NCBI GenBank assembly: GCA_947646415.1
Contig: CANSGN010000001.1
Location: 3,945 to 67,944 of the forward strand
DNA length: 64,000 nt
Source of the DNA: an uncultured Clostridia bacterium
GTDB taxonomy: Bacteria > Bacillota > Clostridia > Christensenellales > UBA3700
Direction of reading: 5' to 3'
The notes under the pieces are model-generated. The model did no database searches. It saw only the letters and a program-made list of their open reading frames with translations, and was not told where the DNA came from. The translations under genes and the position numbers were made by a program. This document shows positions 45,962 through 57,154 of the stretch, piece by piece (position 1 is the stretch's first letter; each line of letters begins with the position of its first letter).

Positions 45962-46873
45962 ATGCGTAAAGATTTGTTAGGGCTTGAAGGATTAAGTCGT
46001 ACGGAAATCGAAGAAATTCTTGACACGGCAGACACAATGCGTGAGCATTTGGACAAGGGAGAAATCAACCTTGACTATGCAAAAGGTATTTCGGTTGTAA
46101 ATTTGTTTTATGAAAATAGTACAAGAACAAGAACATCTTTTGAAAATGCAACTAAGTTTTTGGGAGCAAATCAAGTAAACATTGCAGTGGGAAGCAGTAG
46201 CGTTGCAAAAGGCGAGAGTATGTACGACACTGTAAAAACACTTGAGAGCATTAAAAACAGCATTGTCGTAATTAGACACAGCATGGCAGGCACACCGCAT
46301 TTTATTGCAAAAAAAGTGGATGCACATATAGTAAATGCGGGCGACGGACAGCATGAACATCCTACACAAGCATTGCTTGATATGCTTACAATGCGCAGAC
46401 ATTTTGGCAGATTGGAGGGCTTGACCGTTGCTATTATCGGAGATGTTAAATACAGCAGAGTAGCACGCTCAAACATTTTCGGACTTTTAACAATGGGTGC
46501 AAAAGTAAAACTTTTTGCTATCAAAACTCTTATGCCTAAGGGTATTGAGGAAATGGGTGCAACAATTTGCAACAGCATAGAAGAGGCAATTTCCGGCAGT
46601 GACGTAATAATGGGACTAAGGATTCAGCTTGAAAGACAAACAAGCGGTCAGTTCCCTACAATAAAAGAATATTTTAACGAGTACGGAATTACTATGGACA
46701 GGATGAAACTTGCAAATGAAAACGCAATCATAATGCACCCGGCACCTGTAAACAGAGGTGTGGAAATCTCAGGGGAGGCAGTGGATAGCGATTGTTCGAG
46801 AATTTTTGAGCAAGTAACAAATGGTTTGGCTGTCAGAATGGCAATAATCAAATTAATGGCGGAGGGTAAATAA
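45962..46873 (+). CDS. pyrB: aspartate carbamoyltransferase catalytic subunit
   Basis: ...FYENSTRTRTSFE..., HPTQALLD. ATG at 45962 follows GGAGGA. The track start at 45932 lies inside the attenuator terminator. Confidence 0.95.
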   Translation: MRKDLLGLEGLSRTEIEEILDTADTMREHLDKGEINLDYAKGISVVNLFYENSTRTRTSFENATKFLGANQVNIAVGSSSVAKGESMYDTVKTLESIKNSIVVIRHSMAGTPHFIAKKVDAHIVNAGDGQHEHPTQALLDMLTMRRHFGRLEGLTVAIIGDVKYSRVARSNIFGLLTMGAKVKLFAIKTLMPKGIEEMGATICNSIEEAISGSDVIMGLRIQLERQTSGQFPTIKEYFNEYGITMDRMKLANENAIIMHPAPVNRGVEISGEAVDSDCSRIFEQVTNGLAVRMAIIKLMAEGK

Positions 46874-48144
46874 TGTTATTAATTAAAAATGTAAAATTAA
46901 ACGGCGAGTTGACAAACATCCTTTTAACAGGCAATAAAATTACAAGCATTGTCAAAGACTTGGGGGATTTTATGGATATTCCAAGCATTGACGGCAAAGG
47001 AAACACTATTTTACCTGCGTTTGTTGATATACACACTCATTTAAGAGAGCCAGGTTTTGAGAGCAAAGAAGATATAACAAGCGGACTTAAGGCTGCAGTA
47101 GCAGGCGGATTCAGTGCGGTATGCCCTATGCCAAACACAAACCCTGTGACAGATAATAAATATATTGTTTCGTATATAAAAATGCGTGCAAGGGAAAGCG
47201 GACTTGCAAGGGTGTTCCCAATAGGTGCAATCTCCAAAGGTTTAAAAGGGGATGAACTTGCAGAAATGGCAAGTATGCAAAGAGCAGGTATAGTTGCCGT
47301 AAGTGATGACGGAATGCCTGTAACAAACAGCAATCTTATGAGAAAAGCTATGGAATACGCTGACGGATTGGGTATGATTACAATAAGCCATTCGGAGGAT
47401 AAAAGTTTGGCGGAAGGTCATGCAAACGAGGGCGCAAACGCTACAAGAGCGGGTATAGAAGGTATAAGCCGTGTTGCCGAGGAAGCAATGGTTGCAAGAG
47501 AAATACTTTTGGCAGATAGTTTGAATGTAGCTGTGCATATCGCTCATGTTTCCACAACAAACAGCGTGGATTTGATTAGATGGGCTAAAGCAAAAGGTAT
47601 AAAAGTAACCTGTGAGACTTGCCCTCACTACATTGTAGGAACGGATGAATTGATTTTGAATTACGATTGCAACGCAAAAGTAAATCCTCCGCTTAGGGAA
47701 GAACGTGATAGACAAGCTATTATCGCAGGACTTTTGGATGGTACAATCGATGCGATTGCAACAGACCATGCACCGCATACAAAATCGGAAAAGGACAGGG
47801 AATTTGCCTTGGCACCTAACGGAATAAGCGGTTTGGAATCAGCTTTCGGATTGTGTTATACCGCATTGGTAGACAGCGGTCTTATGAGTTTGGATAGACT
47901 ATCCGAGCTTATGAGCAAAAATCCAAGCGATATTTTAAATTTGCCTTGCGGAGAATTAATAGAGGGCGGTTTAGCGGATTTTGTTATCGTAGATACTGAC
48001 AAGGAATATGAAATAGATAGCAGCAAATGGTACAGCAAAGGCAAAAATACACCATTTAACGGCAGAAAGGTAAAAGGACAAATAATGACCACAATAGTGG
48101 ACGGTAATATAGTATTTAACAGGGAAACGGAGGAGAGAATATGA
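46873..48144 (+). CDS. pyrC: dihydroorotase
   Basis: DIHTHLREPG..., ...ATDHAPH...; 423 aa. Confidence 0.9.
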   Translation: MLLIKNVKLNGELTNILLTGNKITSIVKDLGDFMDIPSIDGKGNTILPAFVDIHTHLREPGFESKEDITSGLKAAVAGGFSAVCPMPNTNPVTDNKYIVSYIKMRARESGLARVFPIGAISKGLKGDELAEMASMQRAGIVAVSDDGMPVTNSNLMRKAMEYADGLGMITISHSEDKSLAEGHANEGANATRAGIEGISRVAEEAMVAREILLADSLNVAVHIAHVSTTNSVDLIRWAKAKGIKVTCETCPHYIVGTDELILNYDCNAKVNPPLREERDRQAIIAGLLDGTIDAIATDHAPHTKSEKDREFALAPNGISGLESAFGLCYTALVDSGLMSLDRLSELMSKNPSDILNLPCGELIEGGLADFVIVDTDKEYEIDSSKWYSKGKNTPFNGRKVKGQIMTTIVDGNIVFNRETEERI

Positions 48145-49046
48145 TAATCGATAAATTGATTGACGCAATTAAAAGGACTGACAATCCGTCAGTAGTTGGC
48201 TTGGACACTTGCCTTGACTATTTGCCGCAAGATATGCTTGCAAAAGTTAAAAGTTTGGATGATGCAGCTGAGCAAATTTTTGAATTTAACAAAAATATAA
48301 TCGATAATATATTTGATATCGTACCTGCTGTTAAAGTTCAGGTAGCTTACTATGAAATGTACGGATACCAAGGTATGAAAGCTTTTAAGCAAACTGTTGA
48401 TTATGCTAAATCAAAGGGTATGATAGTAATAGCAGACGTAAAACGTAACGATATCGGCTCGACTGCAGGATGTTACAGCAAAGCGTACTTGAGCGGTGTG
48501 GAAGTTGCAGGTAAAAAAATTACCGCATTTGACAGTGACTATATTACGGTAAACGGTTATTTGGGTAGCGACGGAATTTTGCCGTTTGTAAAAGATTGCA
48601 AAGAAAATGACAAAGGCTTATTTATTTTGGTAAAAACTTCCAACCCAACAAGCGGAGAGTTGCAAGACAAAAAGTTTGAAAACGGAAATACTCTATATGA
48701 AGAAATGGGAGATTTGGTTGAAAAATGGGGCTCTGAGCTTATCGGTAAATATGGTTACAGCAGCATTGGCGCCGTTGTAGGTGCAACCCATAGGGAGCAA
48801 GCTGAAATAATAAGAAAGCGTAATCCTCATACTTTCTTTTTGATACCGGGCTATGGTGCTCAAGGCGGAAAGGCAGAAGATTTGGCAGTATGCTTTGTAA
48901 ACGGAATAGGCGGTATTGTAAATAGTTCTCGTGGAATACTTTGTGCTTATAAAAAGGATAAGTACCAAGGTATGGACTATGCAAAGGCTGCAAGACAAGC
49001 AAGCATAGATATGAGGGAAGATTTGAATAGTGCAATCAAAAAGTAA
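48141..49046 (+). CDS. pyrF: orotidine 5'-phosphate decarboxylase (long, type 2 form)
   Basis: ...VVGLD..., ADVKRNDIGSTA, 301 aa, in pyr operon context. Confidence 0.85.
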   Translation: MIIDKLIDAIKRTDNPSVVGLDTCLDYLPQDMLAKVKSLDDAAEQIFEFNKNIIDNIFDIVPAVKVQVAYYEMYGYQGMKAFKQTVDYAKSKGMIVIADVKRNDIGSTAGCYSKAYLSGVEVAGKKITAFDSDYITVNGYLGSDGILPFVKDCKENDKGLFILVKTSNPTSGELQDKKFENGNTLYEEMGDLVEKWGSELIGKYGYSSIGAVVGATHREQAEIIRKRNPHTFFLIPGYGAQGGKAEDLAVCFVNGIGGIVNSSRGILCAYKKDKYQGMDYAKAARQASIDMREDLNSAIKK

Positions 49047-49141
49047 TAAATTAATAAAGAAAAAATAAAAAACCTTACAAAAATCGGGTTTAAAATAAAA
49101 AACAAGCATAAAAATGCAAATAAACTTAAGGAGAATTAATT

Positions 49142-52100
49142 ATGCCAAAGGATAAAGACATAAAAAAAGTATTGGTAATTGGTAGCGGACCAATCGTAAT
49201 AGGTCAAGCAGCGGAATTTGACTATGCAGGCACTCAAGCATGCCGTGCATTAAAAGAAAACGGCATAAGCGTTGTATTGGTAAACAGCAACCCTGCAACA
49301 ATTATGACAGACAAAGAGATGGCTGATAAAGTTTATCTTGAGCCACTTAAGGAAGAAGTTTTAAAAAATATAATTAAAATTGAAAAGCCTGACAGCATTT
49401 TGCCTACTCTAGGCGGTCAGACAGGTCTTAACTTGGCAGTTGCTTTGAGCGAAAGCGGATTTTTAAAAGAGCATAATGTAAGACTTCTTGGTACAAATGT
49501 GGAGACTATTAAAAAAGCCGAAGACAGAGAGATGTTTAAGGACACAATGTTGGAGATTGGCGAGCCTGTTATCGACAGCGTTATTGTTAGCAAAGTTGAA
49601 GATGCTGTTGAGTTTGCCGAAAAGAATGGTTTGCCTATCATCATAAGACCTGCTTATACATTAGGCGGTACAGGTGGCGGTATTGCGGAGACAATGGCTG
49701 AACTTAAGGAAATTGCCGCAAGTGGTATCAAAGCTTCACGCGTAGGTCAAATTTTGGTGGAAAAAAGCGTAGCTGGATACAAAGAAATCGAATTTGAGGT
49801 AATGCGTGACAAATCCGGCAAAGCCATTATCGTTTGCGATATGGAAAATATCGACCCTGTCGGCATACATACAGGCGACAGCGTAGTTGTTGCACCTTGC
49901 CAAACTTTAGAGCCAAGACAACTAAAAATGTTAAAAGACGCATCTTTAAAAATTATCAATGCTTTGGGCATTGAGGGTGGCTGTAACATTCAATACGCAT
50001 TGTCCGTTAACAGCGATAAATATTATTTGATAGAAGTAAACCCACGTGTAAGCCGTTCTTCCGCTTTGGCATCTAAGGCAACAGGTTATCCTATTGCAAG
50101 GGTAAGTGCTTTGGTTGCAATCGGCTATAATTTGGACGAAATCGTAAGCAGTAAAACAGGTATGACTTTTGCACACAAGTCTCCTAATGTAGATTATGTT
50201 GTTTGCAAGTTCCCTCGTTGGCCGTTTGATAAGTTTACTCAAGCAAACAAATTGCTTGGAACAAGGATGAAAGCAACAGGCGAAGTTATGTCGATAAGCA
50301 ATAACTTTACAGGCTCATTCTTAAAAGCAATACGTTCGTTGGAGCTAAATATAAACGGAACTACTCTTGATAAATACAGCGATTTGACTTTGGACGAAGT
50401 GCTTGAAAAAGTTGCAATCAAAAATGACGAAAGAATGTTTATGATTATGCAAGCTTTAAAAATGGGCGCCAGTGTAGAACAAATCAATAAGATTACTGCA
50501 ATCACCCCTTGGTTTTTAAATGAAATGCAAAAAATAGCTTTTGCAGAAAATAACATTTCGAAAATCGGTATTAAAGGACTTACAAAAGAAGTTTTGAGTG
50601 AGTATAAAGTACTTGGTTTGTCAGATAAACATATCGCAAAACTTGCAGGCGTTGCAGAGTTGGAAATAAAAGAACTTCGCACAAAATACGGCATTTTGCC
50701 TAGTTATGGATTGATTGACGTAGTTAGTGGCGGTGCAGAAGGTGGTAGCCCTTATTACTACAGCAAGTACGAAGATAAGGTAATCACTCCAGAACACAAT
50801 GACAAAACTGTTGTTGTTTTGGGTAGCGGTCCTATTCGTATTGGACAAGGTGTAGAGTTTGACTATTGCAGCGTGCATTGTACTTGGGCTTTAAGAAAAG
50901 CAGGATACAGGACTGTTATTATCAACAATAATCCTGAGACTGTATCTACTGACTTTGATACTGCGGACAGATTGTATTTTGAGCCATTGACAGTGGAAGA
51001 AACCTTAAATATTTTGGCTATCGAAAAACCTGTAGGCGTTGTAGTTCAATTTGGCGGACAAACAGCAATCAAGCTTACAAAAGCAGTAAGCGATGCAGGA
51101 TATAATATTATCGGTACTCAACCAAAAGATATCGATGCAGCAGAGGACAGGGAAGTATTTGACAATGTTTTGACAAGTTTGGATTTGACAAGACCTAAGG
51201 GCGAGACTGTGTTTACTGCAGTGGAAGCAATCGCAGTAGGCGAAAAACTTGGTTACCCTGTACTTGTAAGACCTAGCTATGTGCTTGGCGGTCAAGGTAT
51301 GGAAATTGCTTATAACGAAACTGACCTTGTTGAATATATGAATATTGTAAACAGTGTTGAGCAAGAACATCCTATTTTGATAGATAAATATGTGACAGGT
51401 ATGGAAGTGGAAGTCGATGCAATAAGCGATGGTAAAGATATTTTAATTCCGGGTATTATGGAACATATCGAAAGAGCGGGTGTTCATAGTGGAGATAGCA
51501 TTAGCGTTTATCCTCCTATGCACATATCGGAGGATATGACAAAACGCATTATCGACGTTACAAAAAGACTTGCTGTAGCACTTAATACAAAAGGTTTGAT
51601 TAACATTCAATATATCATTGCAAACAACGAGCTTTATATAATTGAAGTAAATCCTCGTTCTTCAAGAACAGTACCTTATATAAGCAAAGTTACAAACTTA
51701 CCAATGGTACAACTTGCATTGAGATGTGCTTTGGGAGAAAGTGTAAAAAGCCTTGGCTATGGCACCGGCTTGTATAAAAAAGCGGATGTAGTAGCTGTAA
51801 AAGTTCCTGTATTCTCAAGTGAAAAATTGCCTGATTTGGAAATTTCTGCAAGTCCGGAGATGAAATCGACAGGCGAAGTATTGGGTATTGGCGAAAGCTA
51901 TCCGGAGGCATTGCTAAAGGGTATGATAGCAAGCGGAATCAATTTGCACCATGACAGCGGCGTTGTAATAAGTGTGTCGGATAACTTCAAAAAGGAAATT
52001 TTACCTGTTGCGCAAGCACTTAACGATTTGGGCTTTAAGATTTTTGCAACAGTAGGTACTGCCAAATTCTTGGCAGAGCACGATATCTATGCAATGGCTG

Positions 52101-52354
52101 TTAATAAATTGGTTGAAAAAAGAAACGGAGACATTGTATATTTAGCTAAAAAGGGTATAATAGAATTGATTATCAACACACCAACCAAGGGACGTCAATC
52201 GTCAAGAGACGGATTTAAGATTAGAAGAACTGCCGTTGATTTAGGTATTTCTTGCCTAACAAGTGTGGATACTGCAATGGCTTTGTGTCAAGCACTAAAA
52301 CTTAACAAGACGGAAAAGGATTTAAAACCTTTTGCTCTTCAGGAGTTAAAATAA
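49142..52354 (+). CDS. carB: carbamoyl-phosphate synthase large subunit
   Basis: 1070 aa. Duplicated ATP-grasp halves (VLVIGSGPIVIGQAAEFDYAGTQA... and VVVLGSGPIRIGQGVEFDYC...) and a C-terminal MGS-like domain. Confidence 0.95.
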   Translation: MPKDKDIKKVLVIGSGPIVIGQAAEFDYAGTQACRALKENGISVVLVNSNPATIMTDKEMADKVYLEPLKEEVLKNIIKIEKPDSILPTLGGQTGLNLAVALSESGFLKEHNVRLLGTNVETIKKAEDREMFKDTMLEIGEPVIDSVIVSKVEDAVEFAEKNGLPIIIRPAYTLGGTGGGIAETMAELKEIAASGIKASRVGQILVEKSVAGYKEIEFEVMRDKSGKAIIVCDMENIDPVGIHTGDSVVVAPCQTLEPRQLKMLKDASLKIINALGIEGGCNIQYALSVNSDKYYLIEVNPRVSRSSALASKATGYPIARVSALVAIGYNLDEIVSSKTGMTFAHKSPNVDYVVCKFPRWPFDKFTQANKLLGTRMKATGEVMSISNNFTGSFLKAIRSLELNINGTTLDKYSDLTLDEVLEKVAIKNDERMFMIMQALKMGASVEQINKITAITPWFLNEMQKIAFAENNISKIGIKGLTKEVLSEYKVLGLSDKHIAKLAGVAELEIKELRTKYGILPSYGLIDVVSGGAEGGSPYYYSKYEDKVITPEHNDKTVVVLGSGPIRIGQGVEFDYCSVHCTWALRKAGYRTVIINNNPETVSTDFDTADRLYFEPLTVEETLNILAIEKPVGVVVQFGGQTAIKLTKAVSDAGYNIIGTQPKDIDAAEDREVFDNVLTSLDLTRPKGETVFTAVEAIAVGEKLGYPVLVRPSYVLGGQGMEIAYNETDLVEYMNIVNSVEQEHPILIDKYVTGMEVEVDAISDGKDILIPGIMEHIERAGVHSGDSISVYPPMHISEDMTKRIIDVTKRLAVALNTKGLINIQYIIANNELYIIEVNPRSSRTVPYISKVTNLPMVQLALRCALGESVKSLGYGTGLYKKADVVAVKVPVFSSEKLPDLEISASPEMKSTGEVLGIGESYPEALLKGMIASGINLHHDSGVVISVSDNFKKEILPVAQALNDLGFKIFATVGTAKFLAEHDIYAMAVNKLVEKRNGDIVYLAKKGIIELIINTPTKGRQSSRDGFKIRRTAVDLGISCLTSVDTAMALCQALKLNKTEKDLKPFALQELK

Positions 52355-52440
52355 TTGGCTTGGGGTGAGCTAAATTAAAAAATAGAATTAAAATTGATTA
52401 AAAATAACAATTTAAACAAATAAAATATTGCGGGGTTAAA

Positions 52441-53214
52441 ATGAAAAAAGACAGAATAGTTACTATAATAAGTAATAAAGAAGTTGCCAAAGATATTTAT
52501 GAAATGAAATTACAAGTAGCAGATTTTCCAGACGATATCCGCGGCGGACAATTTATTCACATAGCACTTCCAAACGAAGTACATTTGTTGCGAAGACCGT
52601 TTTGCATAGCAGATTTTGATGAAAAAGAAAAAACAATAGACGTTTTTTATGCAGTGGTAGGCGAGGGTACGGCTCTTTTAAGTACTCTTGAGGAAGGTCA
52701 AGCGCTAAAAGCATTGTTTCCACTTGGCAACGGATTTTATTTTGACAGCAATGTCAAAAAAGTTGCTATGGTAGGCGGCGGAATGGGTGTGGCTGTTTTA
52801 CCTGCAATCCCTACAGCCGACCCTAATTTGGAATATGTATCTTTCCTTGGTTTTGCAAACAAAAATAAGGTAATTTTGGTTGATGAACTTAAAAAGAAAG
52901 GCGAAGTTTACATTGCGACCGATGACGGAAGCGTGGGAGTAAAAGGTTTTGTAACATCTCTTTTAAAGCAATGTCTTGACTATGTCAAACCGGACGTTAT
53001 CGTTTGTTGCGGACCGGAGATTATGTACAAATCGTTAAAAAAGGAAATGGAAGGCATAGATATTCCTATTTATGTGTCTTTGGAAAGACGTATGGGTTGC
53101 GGAATTGGTGCATGTCTTGTATGTAACTGCAAAGTTAAAACCGCAAATGGCGAAAAGTATTTGCGTGCTTGTGCAGACGGACCTATATTCAATTTGGAGG
53201 ATATTGTGCTATGA
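52441..53214 (+). CDS. pyrK: dihydroorotate dehydrogenase electron-transfer subunit
   Basis: FAD/NAD-binding layout (RRPFCIA) and a C-terminal 2Fe-2S motif CGIGACLVCNC...CADGP. Confidence 0.9.
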   Translation: MKKDRIVTIISNKEVAKDIYEMKLQVADFPDDIRGGQFIHIALPNEVHLLRRPFCIADFDEKEKTIDVFYAVVGEGTALLSTLEEGQALKALFPLGNGFYFDSNVKKVAMVGGGMGVAVLPAIPTADPNLEYVSFLGFANKNKVILVDELKKKGEVYIATDDGSVGVKGFVTSLLKQCLDYVKPDVIVCCGPEIMYKSLKKEMEGIDIPIYVSLERRMGCGIGACLVCNCKVKTANGEKYLRACADGPIFNLEDIVL

Positions 53215-54146
53215 GTAATTTAAAAGTAAATATTGCGGGAGTGGAATTTAAAAACCCTATCATTACAGCATCGGGAACTTTCGGCTTTGGTAGAGAGTAT
53301 AGCCAATATTACGATTTATCGGTATTGGGCGGTATTTCTACAAAAGGTATGACTTTGGCAGAAAAGGCGGGCAATCCGTCTCCTCGTATTACCGAAATTA
53401 AAAGTGGTATGATAAACTGCGTTGGTTTGCAAAACCCTGGTGTAGATTACTTTTTGAAAGAGCATTTGCCTTGGCTTAAAACAGTCGACACAAAAGTTAT
53501 TGCAAATGTTGCAGGCAGCACTATCGAAGACTATATAAAAATGTGCGAAAAAGTTTCGGTAGACGGCGTTGATATGGTAGAGTTGAATATTTCTTGTCCA
53601 AATGTACATGCTGGTGGAGCATCGCTTGGCGTTGACCCTCAAAATGTGGAAAAAGTCACTCGTGCCGTTCGTGACGTTTGCAAAAAACCATTAATGGTAA
53701 AACTAACACCGAATGTCGCAAGAATTACCGACAATGCAAAAGCAGCCGAAGCAGGCGGTGCAGATAGTGTTTCATTAATCAATACCCTAAGCGGTATGGT
53801 TGTAAACTATAAAACAAGACGTCCTATTTTGTCCAATAACCATGGCGGAATATCCGGACCTGTTTGCAAACCCGTAGCTTTAAAAATGGTTTGGGATTGC
53901 TATAACGCAGTAAAAATTCCTGTAGTAGGTATGGGCGGAATTATGACTTACACCGATGTTTTGGAGTTTATGATTTGCGGTGCAAGCGCAGTGCAAATCG
54001 GTGCGGCAAATGTGTTCAATCCTATGGCAAGCTACGAAATAGTAAAAGATTTGGAAAGATATGTAAAGGAACAGGATATGGATATCAATGATTTGGTTGG
54101 AAGTTTGATTGCAAACAACAGTTCCTGCACAACCTCTTGCCATTAA
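53211..54146 (+). CDS. pyrD: dihydroorotate dehydrogenase catalytic subunit (class 1B)
   Basis: MSNLKVNIAGVEFKNPIITASGTFGFG..., ELNISCPN. The ATG at 53211 overlaps the pyrK stop (ATGA); the track ORF starts upstream at 53169. Confidence 0.9.
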   Translation: MSNLKVNIAGVEFKNPIITASGTFGFGREYSQYYDLSVLGGISTKGMTLAEKAGNPSPRITEIKSGMINCVGLQNPGVDYFLKEHLPWLKTVDTKVIANVAGSTIEDYIKMCEKVSVDGVDMVELNISCPNVHAGGASLGVDPQNVEKVTRAVRDVCKKPLMVKLTPNVARITDNAKAAEAGGADSVSLINTLSGMVVNYKTRRPILSNNHGGISGPVCKPVALKMVWDCYNAVKIPVVGMGGIMTYTDVLEFMICGASAVQIGAANVFNPMASYEIVKDLERYVKEQDMDINDLVGSLIANNSSCTTSCH

Positions 54147-54250
54147 AAGAAAAAATAAATTTAATAATTTATTTTATTAATTAAGCATTAAATTTTAATT
54201 TTATGCTGCAAAAATCGGTACTAAAATGTTTTTTTGATTTAATTAACACA

Positions 54251-54292
54251 ATAATACCCCAAAATCGCAAAGGATGGGGTATTATTTTTTTT
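54251..54292 (+). terminator. intrinsic terminator of the pyr operon
   Basis: ataatacccc (54251-54260) pairs with ggggtattat (54277-54286), followed by TTTTTTTT. Confidence 0.8.
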
Positions 54293-54660
54293 GCTAAATG
54301 GTTGACTTTATGCTTTAAAGAATATACAATGATATTGTATAATATTTATATAAAAAATATTTACATAACAGAGTTGTGCTTGGTAACCAACTCTTAAAAT
54401 AATAAAACAAGGAGTAACAAATGAATAGGTATTCACATTCTGTGGGAACAAAAAACAAAAGGGAGATTGTCCTTTTGAAAGGTCTCTATTGAGTATGTGA
54501 AGTATCGCAATTTGCCATTAAGCAGTAAAGTGCAAAACCCAAAAAACAGAAAACATTAAAAATTTAGGGAACAGTTTAAAAACAAAAAATAGTCAATCAT
54601 TTGATATTTTATTTTAAATTGTGCAATATAAGGGAATAATAACAAAAAGGTACGTTAACG

Positions 54661-56649
54661 ATGAAAAATCTAAAAGAAATTTTAAAACAAAGAATATTTA
54701 GAACACTTACGCTTGTCTTTATAGATATAGTTACGGTGTTTTTATGCTTTTTTACTTCATTTTTCTTGACGCTTCGAATATTTTTCAAAAACAATTATTG
54801 GGGTGATTTTTCACATTTCTTGCTTGCAAGTTTATCCATAGTGATAATTACAATGGTATTCCTATTTGCTTTTCGAATGTACAAAGTCGTTTGGCATTAT
54901 GCAAAACCGGGACATTATTTAAAGCTTGTATTGGCACTAACTTGTTCGATTTTGTTGTTTGGTATACTTGACTCTACTTGGTGGAAGTTGTTATCAAAAG
55001 CTTTTGCTGATTTCACACAAAATGCAACTCCTTATATAGCTACTTTCCCTGTTTATGCCTTGTTTATGTTTTTGATGACCTTTGTGTTTGTGTTTGTACG
55101 TATAGCATACCAATCATTCGCAACACTAAAGTACGATAAAACAATAATCGAAAGAAAAAAAGGCAAGTTAAGAACAATGATTATCGGTGCCGGCTTTACA
55201 GGCAATCATGTGCTTGACGAATTGAACATAATAAACTCGCAATATAGCCCTATTTGTTTTTTGGACGATAATGTTTCATTGGTAAGTGGCGCTATAAACA
55301 ATATAGTGGTTGCAGGTAAGGTAGAAAATATAAAATTTTATTGCGATAAGTACGATATAGATTTGATTATTTTTGCCATTCCGTCACTTGTAGGGGATAG
55401 ACGCTCGGAGATATTAAAGGAATGTTCGGAAACAGGTAGAAAGGTAAAAGTAATACCAGCACTTTCCGAGATTATCGAAAAAGACTCTTTCGTTCAGCAA
55501 ATGCGTGATATCAATGTCGCAGACTTGCTTGGTAGAGAACAAATAAAGTTTGAAAAACAAGGTATAAAAGATTATATCGCAGGAAAAACAATTATGGTAA
55601 CGGGCGGTGGTGGCTCAATAGGTAGTGAACTTTGCCGTCAAATTTCCTCTTTTAACCCTAAACGTATCGTTATTGTCGAGGTGTATGAAAACTGTGCATA
55701 CGCTATTCAGCAAGAAATGAAAAGGCGTGATGTTAAGTTTGACTTTGAGGTAGAAATTTTATCGGTTACCGATTACGATAAAGTGGAAGAGATTTTTAAA
55801 CAATATCATCCTGAAATCGTATTCCACGCCGCGGCTCACAAACATGTTCCTTTGATGGAAACCAATCCGGAAGAGGCAGTGAAAAACAATGTATTCGGTA
55901 CTTTTAATGTTATTAAACTTGCAGATAAATATAATGTAGAAAAATTTATTTTAATAAGCACGGACAAAGCTGTCAACCCAACCAATGTTATGGGGGCAAC
56001 AAAAAGATGCTGCGAAATGATTTTGCAAACAATGTCCAAAAAATCTAAAAATACCAAGTTTGCTGCTGTACGTTTTGGTAATGTGCTTGGCTCAAACGGC
56101 TCGGTTATTCCGCTATTTAAACAACAAATAGAAAACGGCGGTCCTGTAACCGTAACACATAAGGATATTATAAGATACTTTATGACAATACCGGAGGCTG
56201 TAAGTTTGGTTTTGCAAGCAGGTGCTTATGCGGAATCAGGCGAAACCTTTGTACTTGATATGGGCGAACAAGTAAAAATCGTTACCCTTGCCGAAAACTT
56301 GATAAGGGTAATGGGCTACAAACCTTATGAGGAAATCGATATCAAGTTTACAGGCTTAAGACCGGGCGAAAAGTTGTATGAAGAGCTGCTTATGGGCGAA
56401 GAGGGATTGCGTAAAACCGCGAACGATAAAATATTTATCGGTAAGCAAATAGATATTGATTCAAACGCTTTCTATCAATCTTTAAACGAAATGGAACAAG
56501 TTTGCAAGACCAATGATAAGGAGTTGGTTGTAAATAAATTGAAAGAACTTGTGCCGACATTTAAACACGATACTGCACAATTTAATAAAATGCAAGAACA
56601 TACAAAACAAATTATGTTGGAATTTACAATGAAAAACAAAGCCAATTAA
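54661..56649 (+). CDS. membrane-anchored polysaccharide biosynthesis protein CapD/PglF-like (NDP-sugar 4,6-dehydratase/epimerase)
   Basis: 4-5 N-terminal TM helices, two Rossmann motifs (IIGAGFTGN, VTGGGGSIGSEL), ...STDKAV.P.NVMGATKR... Confidence 0.85.
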   Translation: MKNLKEILKQRIFRTLTLVFIDIVTVFLCFFTSFFLTLRIFFKNNYWGDFSHFLLASLSIVIITMVFLFAFRMYKVVWHYAKPGHYLKLVLALTCSILLFGILDSTWWKLLSKAFADFTQNATPYIATFPVYALFMFLMTFVFVFVRIAYQSFATLKYDKTIIERKKGKLRTMIIGAGFTGNHVLDELNIINSQYSPICFLDDNVSLVSGAINNIVVAGKVENIKFYCDKYDIDLIIFAIPSLVGDRRSEILKECSETGRKVKVIPALSEIIEKDSFVQQMRDINVADLLGREQIKFEKQGIKDYIAGKTIMVTGGGGSIGSELCRQISSFNPKRIVIVEVYENCAYAIQQEMKRRDVKFDFEVEILSVTDYDKVEEIFKQYHPEIVFHAAAHKHVPLMETNPEEAVKNNVFGTFNVIKLADKYNVEKFILISTDKAVNPTNVMGATKRCCEMILQTMSKKSKNTKFAAVRFGNVLGSNGSVIPLFKQQIENGGPVTVTHKDIIRYFMTIPEAVSLVLQAGAYAESGETFVLDMGEQVKIVTLAENLIRVMGYKPYEEIDIKFTGLRPGEKLYEELLMGEEGLRKTANDKIFIGKQIDIDSNAFYQSLNEMEQVCKTNDKELVVNKLKELVPTFKHDTAQFNKMQEHTKQIMLEFTMKNKAN

Positions 56650-56653
56650 AACA

Positions 56654-56676
56654 AAACTCGGGTAACCGAGTTTTTT
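56654..56676 (+). terminator. intrinsic terminator
   Basis: aaaactcgg-gtaa-ccgagtttt plus a T-run. Confidence 0.8.
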
Positions 56677-56840
56677 GGTTGTTATGGTAAATTTGTGTAA
56701 TGCTTAAAAGGTATTATAAATGCTTGATTAGTATAGATTAAAAAGCTCTGGTATAGATTAGTGAAATAAATTTAACCTGCAATTTCAGCCAAATATTTTC
56801 TTGTTTTAATTAGTAAAATGCAATATCAAAAAACAAAAAT

Positions 56841-56880
56841 GCACCTCAAAACAATTTGTTTTGGGGTGTTACTTTTTGTG
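56841..56880. terminator. bidirectional terminator hairpin of cassette 4
   Basis: gcacctcaaaac / gttttggggtgt (56841-56869) with T-runs on both strands. Confidence 0.65.
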
Positions 56881-56979
56881 TAAAGTTTAAAGTAAGTAAA
56901 AAGTGGTGTTCACTGCAATAATCCTGCCAAAAATCGGGACTATTGGGGTTGAAATTTTGTCATTAATGTAAAGTTTGGG

Positions 56980-57154
56980 TACATGGAATAAGTATATCTA
57001 TGTACATATTATATGTATATTTTAAACTAAAATGTAAGATAATGTCAACGTTATAGCAAAGGTTTTGTAAACTCTTTACTTTAAGCATACAAAAATTATA
57101 TATTCAAACTCAAAAAATCCGTGATTTTGTACATAGATATACTTATTCTATGTA
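56980..57154. promoter_or_regulatory. candidate invertible promoter segment (copy 4)
   Basis: Left IR at 56980-57006 and right IR at 57128-57154 enclose 121 bp. On the minus strand, TTGACA (57048-57043), 18-nt spacer, TAAAAT (57024-57019). Confidence 0.6.

Noticed and set aside
54203-54492. ORF 54203-54397 and a 23-aa micro-ORF (54421-54492, MNRYSHSVGTKNKREIVLLKGLY) in the pyrD-capD spacer
   Set aside because: The first spans the pyr terminator hairpin. The second has an AAGGAG-like RBS but no other support (no conservation evidence, no hydrophobic or Cys pattern), so I did not call it.
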